64,000 nt of DNA from a virus, in IMG/VR virus record IMGVR_UViG_3300047476_000704, positions 32,001 to 96,000 of that record; one strand, written 5' to 3'. The notes beneath the pieces are model-generated. The model saw nothing but the letters and a program-made list of their open reading frames with translations. It was not told the origin of the DNA and searched no databases. The position numbers and the translations under genes were made by a program. Positions 1 through 9,742 of this stretch are shown piece by piece (the first letter of the stretch is position 1; the number at the start of each line of letters is the position of its first letter).

Positions 1-48
1 ATGTGAATGATGTAAAAAATAACACCAAGCCGAATAATAAGTTTTTCA

Positions 49-531
49 TTATAATAGTTTTTTGATTAAGGTTTCACAAGTCTTTTTAATCGCATTTCTT
101 GCAGATTGTTGGTTGAATTGTCCACCTTCATTAACTAATAATGTGCTAGTAGATACTTCGGATGAACTTTCTTCTGCCAAAAACTGCTTTATTTTCTTGC
201 CGTTTTTGTAAAGCGTACCCTTTATTCGTATAACTACTTCAGTCTCATCTGAATGAAAAACTGATATGTTTGTTTTGGTTGTTAGAATATCAAAGAAAAT
301 GATTTCCGTTTTGAGAACGATTGTATTTTCATCAATGGTTTCCACCAATGAATGATTCTCCTGTACTAATTCTTGTAAGATGTTTTTAACACCAAAAGCC
401 AGATTTTTGTTGTCTGTCAATGGTCCTATTTGGATGTTATTGACAACTTTTTCAACAAAAACTGGCTCTGTAATTTGTGCCATACCCATAATAGGTAATA
501 GCACCAATAAAATTGATGTTAATAGTCTCAT
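49..531 (-). CDS. Secreted/periplasmic hypothetical protein with N-terminal signal peptide (possibly CsgG/TolB-N-like)
   Basis: Hydrophobic leader MRLLTSILLVLLPIMGMA; start trimmed from track 543 to ATG at 531; fold is a guess. Confidence 0.45.
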   Translation of the reverse strand: MRLLTSILLVLLPIMGMAQITEPVFVEKVVNNIQIGPLTDNKNLAFGVKNILQELVQENHSLVETIDENTIVLKTEIIFFDILTTKTNISVFHSDETEVVIRIKGTLYKNGKKIKQFLAEESSSEVSTSTLLVNEGGQFNQQSARNAIKKTCETLIKKLL

Positions 532-574
532 AATTTCTCCCACAAATAAATATGAGAGAAATCAGAAAACGATA

Positions 575-1039
575 TTAAATTTTAATTTTTAAGGAATTGA
601 TTTCCTTCTCCGGTGTCCCGTATTTCTTGCAAAGGTTTAGTATTTCACCCTTACCATGTTTAGTAGAATATAAAATATCCAAATATTCTTCGGCTTGCAA
701 TATAGATACTTGATTATCTTTTGCTACCAACTCAACTAACCACTTTTCGTAATCAGCTGTCTTTCTACCCTTCATATATTTTAGGTAGTATTTCTTTTTT
801 GGTATCACATCTATCATAACTTTGTAGAATTGTTCGGCTGGTAATGTTTCAACCAATGGTTGTATTTCAGCTAAAAACTCTACAAAATCATAATTCATTG
901 ATAAGTAACGGAAAATAAGATAATTAGTCCAAGTTTTCTTATCATCTACTGATAGAGTATTGAAATAATTAGGGTCTTGCTTTTCCGTTACTGCTGATAT
1001 GTGGTCAAATAAGCCCAATCGGGTTTTTTCCTTCGCCAT
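575..1039 (-). CDS. Clamp loader small subunit (T4 gp62-like)
   Basis: NYLIFRYLS...IPKKKYYLKYMK pattern, next to clamp loader large subunit; start trimmed to MAKEKT (ATG 1039). Confidence 0.7.
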   Translation of the reverse strand: MAKEKTRLGLFDHISAVTEKQDPNYFNTLSVDDKKTWTNYLIFRYLSMNYDFVEFLAEIQPLVETLPAEQFYKVMIDVIPKKKYYLKYMKGRKTADYEKWLVELVAKDNQVSILQAEEYLDILYSTKHGKGEILNLCKKYGTPEKEINSLKIKI

Positions 1040-1259
1040 TTTCTTTTTGCTTTCTTGCTTCTTTTGGTAACAACTCTTCCAATACTTCCCCACACTCTAC
1101 ACATAGGTATAGTTCAATTGGGATTACTGCATCTTGTGGTGTACCAGTTAGTAATCTACTGATTTTCTTAAATTTAAATCCTGGTGCAAAGGTATCACCT
1201 CCACACTTTTCACAAACCATATCCTTTGCTTGTGATAAATCTATATTAGGTGCTTGCAT
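1005..1259 (-). CDS. Small zinc-ribbon hypothetical protein
   Basis: CEKC and CVEC pairs; start abuts the GroES stop. Confidence 0.6.
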   Translation of the reverse strand: MQAPNIDLSQAKDMVCEKCGGDTFAPGFKFKKISRLLTGTPQDAVIPIELYLCVECGEVLEELLPKEARKQKENGEGKNPIGLI

Positions 1260-1564
1260 TATCTAATTACCATTAAAAGTTCACCTTCACGTAATAACAC
1301 ATATTCGGTATTGTTAAACTTTACCTTTTGAGTATCATAACTATTATGTGGTAACAATACCTTATCACCAACCTCAACTTGCATTGGAATACGAACACCA
1401 TTGTTTGTATAGATACCAGCACCAACTGATACTACCTTACCAACTTTGTTATCTCCAAATTGTGCGGTTTCTGGTAGGATGATTCCACCAACTGTCTTTT
1501 CTACTTTTTCAATTTCTACTAAAACCTTATCACCAATAGGTTTTGCTAATTCTACATTTTCCAT
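1259..1564 (-). CDS. groES: Co-chaperonin GroES (Cpn10)
   Basis: KPIGDKVLV...GGIILPETA...GKVVSVGAG...VEVGDKVL signature; no GroEL in window. Confidence 0.93.
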   Translation of the reverse strand: MENVELAKPIGDKVLVEIEKVEKTVGGIILPETAQFGDNKVGKVVSVGAGIYTNNGVRIPMQVEVGDKVLLPHNSYDTQKVKFNNTEYVLLREGELLMVIR

Positions 1565-1570
1565 ATTTCT

Positions 1571-2527
1571 TTATTTAATAATGTTAATAATTCCAATAAT
1601 TCCAGCTACAAAGCAGATTTCTTTATCTACAACCATAGCATCTCTATATTGTGATTCTGCTAATGCGAGAATAACACTTGCTGTATTACCAGCTGCGTAT
1701 TCATCTACCTTTTCATATAAGTAAGTATATAATTCCGTAAAATCATTCAACTTATTATCCAATACCAATTGTCTGATATTTAGGTAGGTGTTTCGTTTAT
1801 CATCGTTGCCTTTTAGATATTCAACCAATTTAGATTTAACATCTGATTGAATTAAACTTTGAGTATCAATTTTCAATTCACCCTTTGATGATTGTAGTTG
1901 GCAGTTGTTGATAACTCTACGAATATCAGGGTAATACTGATTGATAATCTCTGCCAAATTTTTAATATCAAATGTAATACCTTCCGTTGTTAAGATACTA
2001 CTAACATGAACAGCTACATCTTTTTTTGATGGTGGTGTTACTGCAAATGTTTGGCAACGTGATAAGATTGGTTCAATAATCTTCTCGTGATAATTACAAG
2101 TCAAGATGAATCTACAATGTTTGCTAAATGTTTCCATCAAGTTACGCAAGATTGCTTGTGCATTCGGAGTCATATAATCAAACTCATCCAAAATGATAAT
2201 CTTAAATCCTTTGAATCCAGCTCCACTTGCAAAGTTCTTCACTTTGTTACGAACTGTATCCACATTGTTTTCATCGGATGCGTTGATAATCATATAATCA
2301 CATTCAATTGTGTTTGCTATGATTTTAGCCAATGTAGTTTTACCAGTACCTGCTTTACCATAAAGTAATAGATGTGGTACATCATTTGTTTCCAAATATC
2401 CAGCAACCTTTTCTTTTAGTAAATCATTACCAATATAATCCTTCAATACTTTTGGACGATATTTCTCTACCCACAAACTATGGTTTACGGATACATCTTC
2501 TACCTTTTCTGTTTCAAAAAATGCCAT
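1571..2527 (-). CDS. Clamp loader large subunit (RFC / T4 gp44-like)
   Basis: WVEKYRP, Walker A GKAGTGKT, ILDEFD, RFILTCNY, SRC motif. Confidence 0.95.
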   Translation of the reverse strand: MAFFETEKVEDVSVNHSLWVEKYRPKVLKDYIGNDLLKEKVAGYLETNDVPHLLLYGKAGTGKTTLAKIIANTIECDYMIINASDENNVDTVRNKVKNFASGAGFKGFKIIILDEFDYMTPNAQAILRNLMETFSKHCRFILTCNYHEKIIEPILSRCQTFAVTPPSKKDVAVHVSSILTTEGITFDIKNLAEIINQYYPDIRRVINNCQLQSSKGELKIDTQSLIQSDVKSKLVEYLKGNDDKRNTYLNIRQLVLDNKLNDFTELYTYLYEKVDEYAAGNTASVILALAESQYRDAMVVDKEICFVAGIIGIINIIK

Positions 2528-2533
2528 TATGTT

Positions 2534-3655
2534 TTATTGTTTATCTGTTAGTTTATTATGTAATAGTTGTAACATAACATCATTGTTTTTTGATAACTCA
2601 CTACAACGATTTATAGCCATAACCTCTTTTTCTTTTCTGAACTCTTCATTATCCAATAGATTATCCAACATTTCAAATAAATCTTTTTTGAATTTAAAGA
2701 ACATACCATCAGGTTCAATCTCTCTATAACAATCTGATTCCTGATATATCATAGGTGTACCATTCATCATACAATCCGTAGCTGCTACACTCCACCCATA
2801 ATTGGTTTGTCTCATTTGAATACCAACCAAACATTGTTGTAATCGGTTATAATATTCGTGCTTTGGTACTTTTGTATTATCAATCCAACTATGTTCGGGT
2901 GTACCATCTAATTGAGGCACCCACACATTGAAGTCTTGTCTTTTTTCCCTATACTCTTCCATTAGTTTAATGAAAGTTGGATACCCCTTATAAGCTGCTG
3001 CTCTATGATTGAATACGATAGTTTTAGTTTTATTTGAGGATGGTTCTGAAATAATTTTAGTATCATCTATACCAAGATTCCAAACCGTAAGAATATTATT
3101 TAATCTTTCCACAAACCCATCACTATACCAAGCACTAGCTTCTTCCAATACTCTATTCTTTTGGTCTTGTGTATTTAAGAAGCAAGTATCCATTTGAGAT
3201 ACACCTAATAATTCTATGGGCATCCATCTCCATTTGTTCTTTCTATCCTCCGCGTTGCACGATTTCATTTCCCACCAATGTGCGTAACCAACTATTTTAG
3301 TATCAAATGAGTTTTTATATCTACCCACTTGCGGCCAATCTGGTAAATGGGAATAAATTACATCGTATTCAACATTCTCCAACACTTTATTCATATCAGG
3401 TGGATATGTACGCATCTTTATCATATCACCAGAGAATGGTAGTATATGCTGCTTAACATTTAATAGGTTAAGCTTTTGTACGGGTTTGGGTAATATGATA
3501 TTCCAAAAGTATTCTCCATAGTTTTCTAACCCTTTAATGTGATTGTAAATTACATCCACAAAAGAATCTTTTTCTATATTGCTGGAGTTAGTGATGTTTG
3601 GTATCACTAATACTTTTCTAGCATTATTACTTATTTGTCCTTCCCAAAATTGCAT
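2534..3655 (-). CDS. GT-B fold glycosyltransferase (family 4-like)
   Basis: IVFNHR...YKG and GWSVAATDCMMNGTP C-terminal GT-B motif. Confidence 0.7.
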   Translation of the reverse strand: MQFWEGQISNNARKVLVIPNITNSSNIEKDSFVDVIYNHIKGLENYGEYFWNIILPKPVQKLNLLNVKQHILPFSGDMIKMRTYPPDMNKVLENVEYDVIYSHLPDWPQVGRYKNSFDTKIVGYAHWWEMKSCNAEDRKNKWRWMPIELLGVSQMDTCFLNTQDQKNRVLEEASAWYSDGFVERLNNILTVWNLGIDDTKIISEPSSNKTKTIVFNHRAAAYKGYPTFIKLMEEYREKRQDFNVWVPQLDGTPEHSWIDNTKVPKHEYYNRLQQCLVGIQMRQTNYGWSVAATDCMMNGTPMIYQESDCYREIEPDGMFFKFKKDLFEMLDNLLDNEEFRKEKEVMAINRCSELSKNNDVMLQLLHNKLTDKQ

Positions 3656-3656
3656 A

Positions 3657-4877
3657 TTACCTTCCTACTTCTGATAAATAAAGTTCTTTCATTTTCTCCC
3701 AACTAATACCAATTGCATCTACATAAAATAGAACCTCTGGTTTAATCTTACCTTCATCGTATAATTTAATGTAACGATTTTTGGCTTTCTTTTTCCACCA
3801 ATCCATTGTATATTGAATACCATTCTTAAACTTGTCTTTCAATACCAATTCATCTTCGGAAATCTTATCACATAAGAACTCATTACCATTCTCATACATT
3901 TGTGCGAAATATACACCTCTTTGAAATCCGTGGTCATATGCATCTGATTTAATTCCCAACTCTTTATAGATTGATTGAATAATCTTTTGCTTAATACCAC
4001 TTACAGGTCCGTTTTTTTCATAACCCATATTAGCACCATTTCTTTCACGTTCTTGTGTAATATTTTTACTATACCACTCTGAACGATTTTCTTTAATCCA
4101 TTGATGCCAAGGGTCATAAACCGAATCATCTGGCTTTGTAGAAATCTTACCTTTTGATTCACCTAATGTTTTGAAGTGAGGGATACCATTGTATTGTGAG
4201 TGAATACCATATAGGGATGTTGTACCTATACCAACTAATGGATTACTATATTTCTTTTTCCAATAATCCCGTATCTCTGGTGCGGTTGCTAATGCTGCAA
4301 TTAGTTTACCACCCAAAAAGTTATAACCAAATGGTTGTGTTGATACGATAGTAGTTGCAATAGCAGTACAATTCAATTTACCCTTCTTAAACTTATCATC
4401 TTTACTCCAACCAATGTATGCATCTCTAACACCCAATGATGTAATATCAGAACCTAAACAAATCTGTCCTAATATTTTACCAGTCTTTCTATCTTTTGCA
4501 TAGATTTTAACATTACGACCTGGGTTAGCAGAGAACTCCATTGTATGGATAAGTCTACGAATATCAGTCCATCTTGTTGATTCCTTTGGATTATCTTCAA
4601 CAATTTCCACATAAGGGTCTAACTCATCCAATTCTTTCAGAGTTAGCTCCTTATTGTATATATCGGTTGGTCTCCACAATACATCGTAGAATTGTCCCAA
4701 ATATGATTTTTTAGGAAATGTTGTTTTTAAATCCGCATTCCATTCCATCCACTTTTTGTATAGTGTTTGTTCTTCAACGGACATTTCTTTAAGATAATCC
4801 AAATTCTCAATGAACTTGCGTTTCATCTCATCGTAATTAAAAACCTCCTTTGGTTCTTCGGTATCCCAAAACTTCAT
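3657..4877 (-). CDS. DUF4338 / Druantia DruA-like protein (GNAT/Mom-related)
   Basis: PGRNVK, LGVRDAYIGW, QPFGYNFLGGKLIA, TTSLYG..SQYN motifs. Confidence 0.7.
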   Translation of the reverse strand: MKFWDTEEPKEVFNYDEMKRKFIENLDYLKEMSVEEQTLYKKWMEWNADLKTTFPKKSYLGQFYDVLWRPTDIYNKELTLKELDELDPYVEIVEDNPKESTRWTDIRRLIHTMEFSANPGRNVKIYAKDRKTGKILGQICLGSDITSLGVRDAYIGWSKDDKFKKGKLNCTAIATTIVSTQPFGYNFLGGKLIAALATAPEIRDYWKKKYSNPLVGIGTTSLYGIHSQYNGIPHFKTLGESKGKISTKPDDSVYDPWHQWIKENRSEWYSKNITQERERNGANMGYEKNGPVSGIKQKIIQSIYKELGIKSDAYDHGFQRGVYFAQMYENGNEFLCDKISEDELVLKDKFKNGIQYTMDWWKKKAKNRYIKLYDEGKIKPEVLFYVDAIGISWEKMKELYLSEVGR

Positions 4878-4890
4878 ATATGATTTGTTA

Positions 4891-5610
4891 TTATGCTCCA
4901 GCTTGTACTTCTACTAAATAATATTTTGATGTAAAGTCATCAATTTGGAATGCAATGTGTGCTAATCCTTGTGTTGAAATTTGTAATTTAGCTGAATTTG
5001 CATCTTTGTTTGCTACCAATACCTCTTTAAGATATTTAGCGGAAAATGAAATTGCTTTAACTTCTGCACCATACGAAGAATGTACAGTATATGTAATTCG
5101 GTTAGAGTTTACATTTGAATAACCTAATACCAAATTCAAATCACCCTTCTCGGTAAGAATTGTAAATGTATCTACATCAGATAATGCATTTTTACCTTTG
5201 ATAAAACGGTCAATAAATGCGTTATCCAATTCAATCTGAATATCAAACTCTGGTAATGATTTCAAATCAGGTACCGCTGGAATAACTGCCAATTCAGCTA
5301 ACTGATAATTTACCTTTGTTTTGTCACTTTTGATGTTCAATGAAATACTTTTTTCTTCCATCTTACCAACCTCTAATTCAACATCATCACCCATTACAGA
5401 TAACATACGATTTAGATTTGATGTAGTGTAAACACCCAACTCTGCTGTATCAAATGTGAAATTTGCTAACTCTACCTCACCCAATAGAGTCTTATCATCG
5501 GAAATAAACTTTGTACTCAATGTAGTACCATCAGTTTTCCAAGCAACACTTTCAATAAGCCCAGCCAAGTTGTACTTTTGAATGAAACGATTTAATCTTA
5601 CTTTGTTCAT
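4891..5610 (-). CDS. DNA sliding clamp (T4 gp45-like)
   Basis: 239 aa; position between clamp loader and polymerase; gp45-like sequence pattern. Confidence 0.85.
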   Translation of the reverse strand: MNKVRLNRFIQKYNLAGLIESVAWKTDGTTLSTKFISDDKTLLGEVELANFTFDTAELGVYTTSNLNRMLSVMGDDVELEVGKMEEKSISLNIKSDKTKVNYQLAELAVIPAVPDLKSLPEFDIQIELDNAFIDRFIKGKNALSDVDTFTILTEKGDLNLVLGYSNVNSNRITYTVHSSYGAEVKAISFSAKYLKEVLVANKDANSAKLQISTQGLAHIAFQIDDFTSKYYLVEVQAGA

Positions 5611-5631
5611 AATTTATTGTTTTAATTTTTA

Positions 5632-5663
5632 CAAATATACGAAAATTTATTTTAGAATCCAAA
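5632..5663 (-). promoter_or_regulatory. Bacteroidota sigma-A promoter
   Basis: TTTG-N20-TATATTTG upstream of the clamp gene. Confidence 0.8.
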
Positions 5664-8180
5664 AAATTGTGATAGTTTTTTTTCTGCATGGTTTACTTTT
5701 TCCCATTTCAATGCTCTATAAAAGTCATTCATTTTGTTTTCCAACTCTGCTTCAAATATTCTATCAACATCAATGTATTTTTTAACAAAATCCATAATAA
5801 CATCTGGGTCATTATAGTTTTTAAATGCAACCGTATCTAATCCAAACGGATTTTGTTTTAAATATACCCATTTAATCTTATCTCCATCTCTAATTGGTTC
5901 GTATAAGAATGGGCAATTGTAATGTTTAAGTAATCGGTTATATGTAATTGCTGCTTTAACGTGGGCAGGTGTGCCAGGTAAAAATGCTCCAATTCGTTTT
6001 TCTAAATTTTTGGTATCATATTTACTAATCTCCTTTACTGCTCCACCCTTTGCTATAACTGATACATCTAAATCAGCTAAACTCAACTTAAACTCTCGTA
6101 GTTCCTTATCAACATCTTCATTTGTTTTACCAGTTAGGATGTCACGAAGAATACCACTCATAAAGTCTTGAAATGCTTTTGGAAATGATGAACGAACTAC
6201 ATCCAATCCTTTCACATCCAACTTATCACAAGGAATACCATTCTTTAGAATCATCCATTGTGCGTATCTCTTCTTTGCTACCCAAAATCCTGCTTTACTG
6301 ATATATTCTTTCTTAATTTCAAAACGATGTTTATCCTTTGATATAAAGAAGAACCTTTCTGCTAACATATCATAAAACTTATTTAGGAATGATTGCGTTT
6401 CTTCTGCAATATCATTTACCACCGAAGCCATTTGTTTCTCATCAAATGTTTTATACTCCGGAAACCTATGTTTTACCAAAGGTTCTGCTAACATATAGAT
6501 TGAATCCGTATCAATATACACATTATAATCTTCTTTTGTACCTAATTCTTTTTGGTACTTGATGTTTGCCATCTCTGCCGTTTTCTTAATAACAGTTTGG
6601 CCCGTAATCGTAACTGCCTCTGCATTATCAATATCGTAAAACCGAAAGGCAGGAAGACCAAGAACACCATACATAGAGTTAAGAAGAATCTTCTGAACCA
6701 ACTGCCTTTTAGCATAAAATTCATATTTCTCCGTATCACCCGCTTCACCATATTGCTTTTCTAATTTTCTAAATTCTACCCGTTGTGAAAACCATAAATC
6801 TAAAATATCTGCAATAAGTCCAGGTTTACTCTGGTCATACAGAACCCCATTGGCGGCTACACCCAATCCGTGCTCTTTAATCATCTGCTGTACTTCACCT
6901 TTACTATAAGTTTCCGTACTACCTTCCGATGTTACATCATATGTTTTATCCACACCTCTAATCCATTCTTCCGCATCCCAATTCTCAATCTTACCCATTT
7001 TAGTTTCGGGAGAAATATTTAGGGTCATAATAATAGATGGATATAGCGATGTTAAATCCAAGTCATAAATCCAATCATACTTACCAACGATAGGTTCTTT
7101 CACATATGCTCCGATGAACTTCTCTTGGTTATTATCATTGATTTCCTGCATCCGTTCTCTTCTATCCGCAGGTTTGTTTGGTGCTACTAAATTCTTTTGT
7201 TTAAGATAGTTCAAACAAGCACCTTCCAAATACTTTGATGAATACACAAAGTCCTCATATGGAACGTGACCCGCGTGGCAGATTGCTCTACATAGTTCAA
7301 TGAATTGTAGTTTCTTTTCCAAACCAACAACCAACTCAACGTCTACAATGTTATAATCAATGTATTTGTTTATATCCTCTCTGAACAAATCATCCAAATT
7401 ACCTTTGTATTCCACCTTACCCTTACCCAACTCTTTGGTTGCAATATAGTTTAGAGTATATGATGGTTCTAATGTATAGGTATATGTCTTATATAAGTGA
7501 ATATAATCCAATGCACTTACCCCAGCAAAACTCCAACGATTACGATATGGCGAATAGAAACACTCACCAATTGGTGAAAGGCGAGTTGCGTTATTTCTAC
7601 CCAATACATTTGTAATACGATTGAATAGATATGGTACGTCAAATGAGTCAATATTCCAACCCGTAATAATTGATGGTCTGATTTCCTCATAGATTGTTAA
7701 GAATGCTCTCAACAAATCTCTCTCATTACTATACGATTTAACAACTCTATTGCCAGTTGTAGTATTTTGTACCTTATCATCTTTATCCAATACCAAAGCA
7801 TAGTAAATATCAGTTGCACTATCGTGTAATGCAATTGCTGTGATTTCATTCTTTGCTTTTTGGGTATCCGGCAAACCTGATAACATTTCAACCTCAATGT
7901 CAAATGTCATCACAACATGCCCTTCGGATGGAATATCGGATGTATGATATAAATCTACTAATATACGAGTAGTTTCTGGAACATCCGATTCAAATAGATT
8001 TGGGTCATCTTTTGTAAACTCATATGTTTTGGAAACTTTAACTCCACTCAATGATGTTGCTTCACCGAATGGGTCAGGTCTCCAAGCATATGGTTTGAAA
8101 TCAAAAACCGTGTAACCGATTTTATCATCCCAAATATGGACTTTATTTTTGCCCTTTTGATAAAAAATATTTTGATACAA
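5652..8180 (-). CDS. Family B DNA polymerase (T4 gp43-like), TTG start
   Basis: Exo motifs FDIE, GWNIDSFD, YNIVD; pol motifs DLTSLYPS, KILLNSMYG, YIDTDS; no intein apparent. Confidence 0.97.
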   Translation of the reverse strand: MYQNIFYQKGKNKVHIWDDKIGYTVFDFKPYAWRPDPFGEATSLSGVKVSKTYEFTKDDPNLFESDVPETTRILVDLYHTSDIPSEGHVVMTFDIEVEMLSGLPDTQKAKNEITAIALHDSATDIYYALVLDKDDKVQNTTTGNRVVKSYSNERDLLRAFLTIYEEIRPSIITGWNIDSFDVPYLFNRITNVLGRNNATRLSPIGECFYSPYRNRWSFAGVSALDYIHLYKTYTYTLEPSYTLNYIATKELGKGKVEYKGNLDDLFREDINKYIDYNIVDVELVVGLEKKLQFIELCRAICHAGHVPYEDFVYSSKYLEGACLNYLKQKNLVAPNKPADRRERMQEINDNNQEKFIGAYVKEPIVGKYDWIYDLDLTSLYPSIIMTLNISPETKMGKIENWDAEEWIRGVDKTYDVTSEGSTETYSKGEVQQMIKEHGLGVAANGVLYDQSKPGLIADILDLWFSQRVEFRKLEKQYGEAGDTEKYEFYAKRQLVQKILLNSMYGVLGLPAFRFYDIDNAEAVTITGQTVIKKTAEMANIKYQKELGTKEDYNVYIDTDSIYMLAEPLVKHRFPEYKTFDEKQMASVVNDIAEETQSFLNKFYDMLAERFFFISKDKHRFEIKKEYISKAGFWVAKKRYAQWMILKNGIPCDKLDVKGLDVVRSSFPKAFQDFMSGILRDILTGKTNEDVDKELREFKLSLADLDVSVIAKGGAVKEISKYDTKNLEKRIGAFLPGTPAHVKAAITYNRLLKHYNCPFLYEPIRDGDKIKWVYLKQNPFGLDTVAFKNYNDPDVIMDFVKKYIDVDRIFEAELENKMNDFYRALKWEKVNHAEKKLSQFFGF

Positions 8181-8202
8181 CTTATTATTGGTTTAATTTT
8201 TA

Positions 8203-8234
8203 CAAAGATACAAAATATAAACCAAAAGAACAAA
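8203..8234 (-). promoter_or_regulatory. Bacteroidota sigma-A promoter
   Basis: TTTG-N20-TATCTTTG upstream of PolB. Confidence 0.75.
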
Positions 8235-8238
8235 TAGT

Positions 8239-8703
8239 TTAATACATTTTTACTAAACTATCTGCTGCATATGTTACTGCTGCGTTTGTTCCTTTGTGTC
8301 TACATTTATAACCCATACCTTCCACCATTCCTACTGCTTGACGGAATACTTCATTTGATTTGAATTGTGGGTCTGGGTTCAAGTCTACATCAATATAAGT
8401 TGCCTTTGGTAATCCAGCTTCTCTTAAATACTCTGCTACCTCAATAGAAGACCAAACTTCGTGTATCAAACGATTGCCTGAATAATTTTCTCTGTTTGTA
8501 TTCCAACGAGTGAATAGTAAGTGAGCTCCTTTGCCTGGAGTATATAATGCAATTACAATTGCGTAGATTGTTTTTGTTTTGAATACTTGTGAATCACACC
8601 CAATGAGTATTTCTATACCATCGTTTTTAGATAGGTATTCAGATATATATGCTACTAACTCTACTTTTTTTCTGTCAATTAATCTTCTGAATACCTTTTC
8701 CAT
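8239..8703 (-). CDS. YkuK/DUF458 RNase H-like protein
   Basis: ILIGCDSQ, EVWSSIEVA, IDVDLN, AADSLV. Confidence 0.75.
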   Translation of the reverse strand: MEKVFRRLIDRKKVELVAYISEYLSKNDGIEILIGCDSQVFKTKTIYAIVIALYTPGKGAHLLFTRWNTNRENYSGNRLIHEVWSSIEVAEYLREAGLPKATYIDVDLNPDPQFKSNEVFRQAVGMVEGMGYKCRHKGTNAAVTYAADSLVKMY

Positions 8704-8707
8704 ATCC

Positions 8708-9238
8708 TTACCTTATTTTGAATTTGTGTTTACTACCATCACTTTTTGAATAAATTACATATAATGGTGAAACTTCAAATTGCATCTGCATAAACTTATT
8801 AGTATATTGTTGCCACTTACCTTTCTTTAAGTAAGCTACAGTCATATGTGGATGATATTCTGGATAATCGTTTGAATGTGGTAGTTTCTTTAAGAGTTCG
8901 TTTGCTCTTTCCAATCCTTCGCCACTTGCATCAAACTTTAATACATCATAATCTGGGTTATCATCAAAGATAGATGGATTTGTTAGTTTAATATCACCAA
9001 ATGGAACTTGATTGATAATTTGAGATACTACACCATCTGGTACATTTGTATGTAAACCATATAGTAATGTAACGTGTGGTTCTGTTTCTAAACCATAATG
9101 ACCGTTCTCATCATCATACAAATCAACATCACTAATTGTACCAGTTAATATAGATTCATCAAAATCCAAATATAACATTGCACAACCATATTGATATGGT
9201 GTTTTTTGTATTTCTTTTAATATCTTGCGTAGTTTCAT
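8708..9238 (-). CDS. 2H phosphoesterase (Acb1/T4 gp57B or LigT-like)
   Basis: Two HxT motifs (PHVTLLY, PHMTVAY); start trimmed to MKLRK because the track start lies inside an RNA element. Confidence 0.8.
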   Translation of the reverse strand: MKLRKILKEIQKTPYQYGCAMLYLDFDESILTGTISDVDLYDDENGHYGLETEPHVTLLYGLHTNVPDGVVSQIINQVPFGDIKLTNPSIFDDNPDYDVLKFDASGEGLERANELLKKLPHSNDYPEYHPHMTVAYLKKGKWQQYTNKFMQMQFEVSPLYVIYSKSDGSKHKFKIR

Positions 9239-9253
9239 TTTGTTTTTGTTTTG

Positions 9254-9425
9254 CTGTGGTAGGAGGATTCGAACCATCCAAAGGGAGATTCAGTAAGTAA
9301 CATCCGCCGGCCGGCTTGGTGGTCTACCCCATATTACTTACCTATTTCTTTATCCCCGCCCCCGAGACAGGAGGGTGTGTCTGCCAGATTAGTGCCGCGC
9401 GCTAATCATTTTTCACCATACCACA
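9254..9425 (-). ncRNA. Expanded tRNA-Asp-like RNA (172 nt)
   Basis: 7-bp acceptor TGTGGTA/TACCACA, G73, anticodon arm CCCTC-CTGTCTC-GGGGG, T-loop GTTCGAAT, hairpin inserted in D-loop, very large variable region. Confidence 0.65.
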
Positions 9426-9428
9426 ATT

Positions 9429-9623
9429 TTAAGGTCTATTGAATGTTATATTATTTTGTAACCGTATATCTTTATTATTTAATACCCAAATTTGTCCATC
9501 ATCCATTCCACAAGTAAAAAATAAATCGTGCTCTTGTGAGTAATCTATACACATAAATGCATATCCTTTCATTCCATCAGATAATCGGATAATTGGTATT
9601 GTTGGGTTTAATTGTATTATCAT
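9429..9623 (-). CDS. Hypothetical protein (64 aa)
   Basis: ORF with TATTTATA motif immediately upstream. Confidence 0.6.
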   Translation of the reverse strand: MIIQLNPTIPIIRLSDGMKGYAFMCIDYSQEHDLFFTCGMDDGQIWVLNNKDIRLQNNITFNRP

Positions 9624-9626
9624 GCC

Positions 9627-9634
9627 TATAAATA
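9627..9634 (-). promoter_or_regulatory. Putative late-promoter motif TATTTATA
   Basis: Recurrent intergenic motif upstream of start 9623. Confidence 0.55.
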
Positions 9635-9651
9635 TAAAGTTATGATAATTG

Positions 9652-9741
9652 TAGAGAGTGAGGGGCTCGAACCCTCGCGCCGGTTTTACCCAACCTAACA
9701 GTTTAGCAAACTGCCCCCTTCACCAACTTGGGTAACTCTCT
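9652..9741 (-). tRNA. trnS: tRNA-Ser(GCT)
   Basis: Cloverleaf with long variable arm; loop TTGCTAA. Confidence 0.9.
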
Positions 9742-9742
9742 G

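Noticed and set aside
5652-8180. Intein or intron in PolB (also checked RNR, helicase, RecA)
   Set aside because: Lengths are normal and motifs contiguous.
9254-9425. Intron-containing tRNA-Asp
   Set aside because: The inserts are in the D-loop and variable region, not the anticodon loop, and are too small for a group I core.
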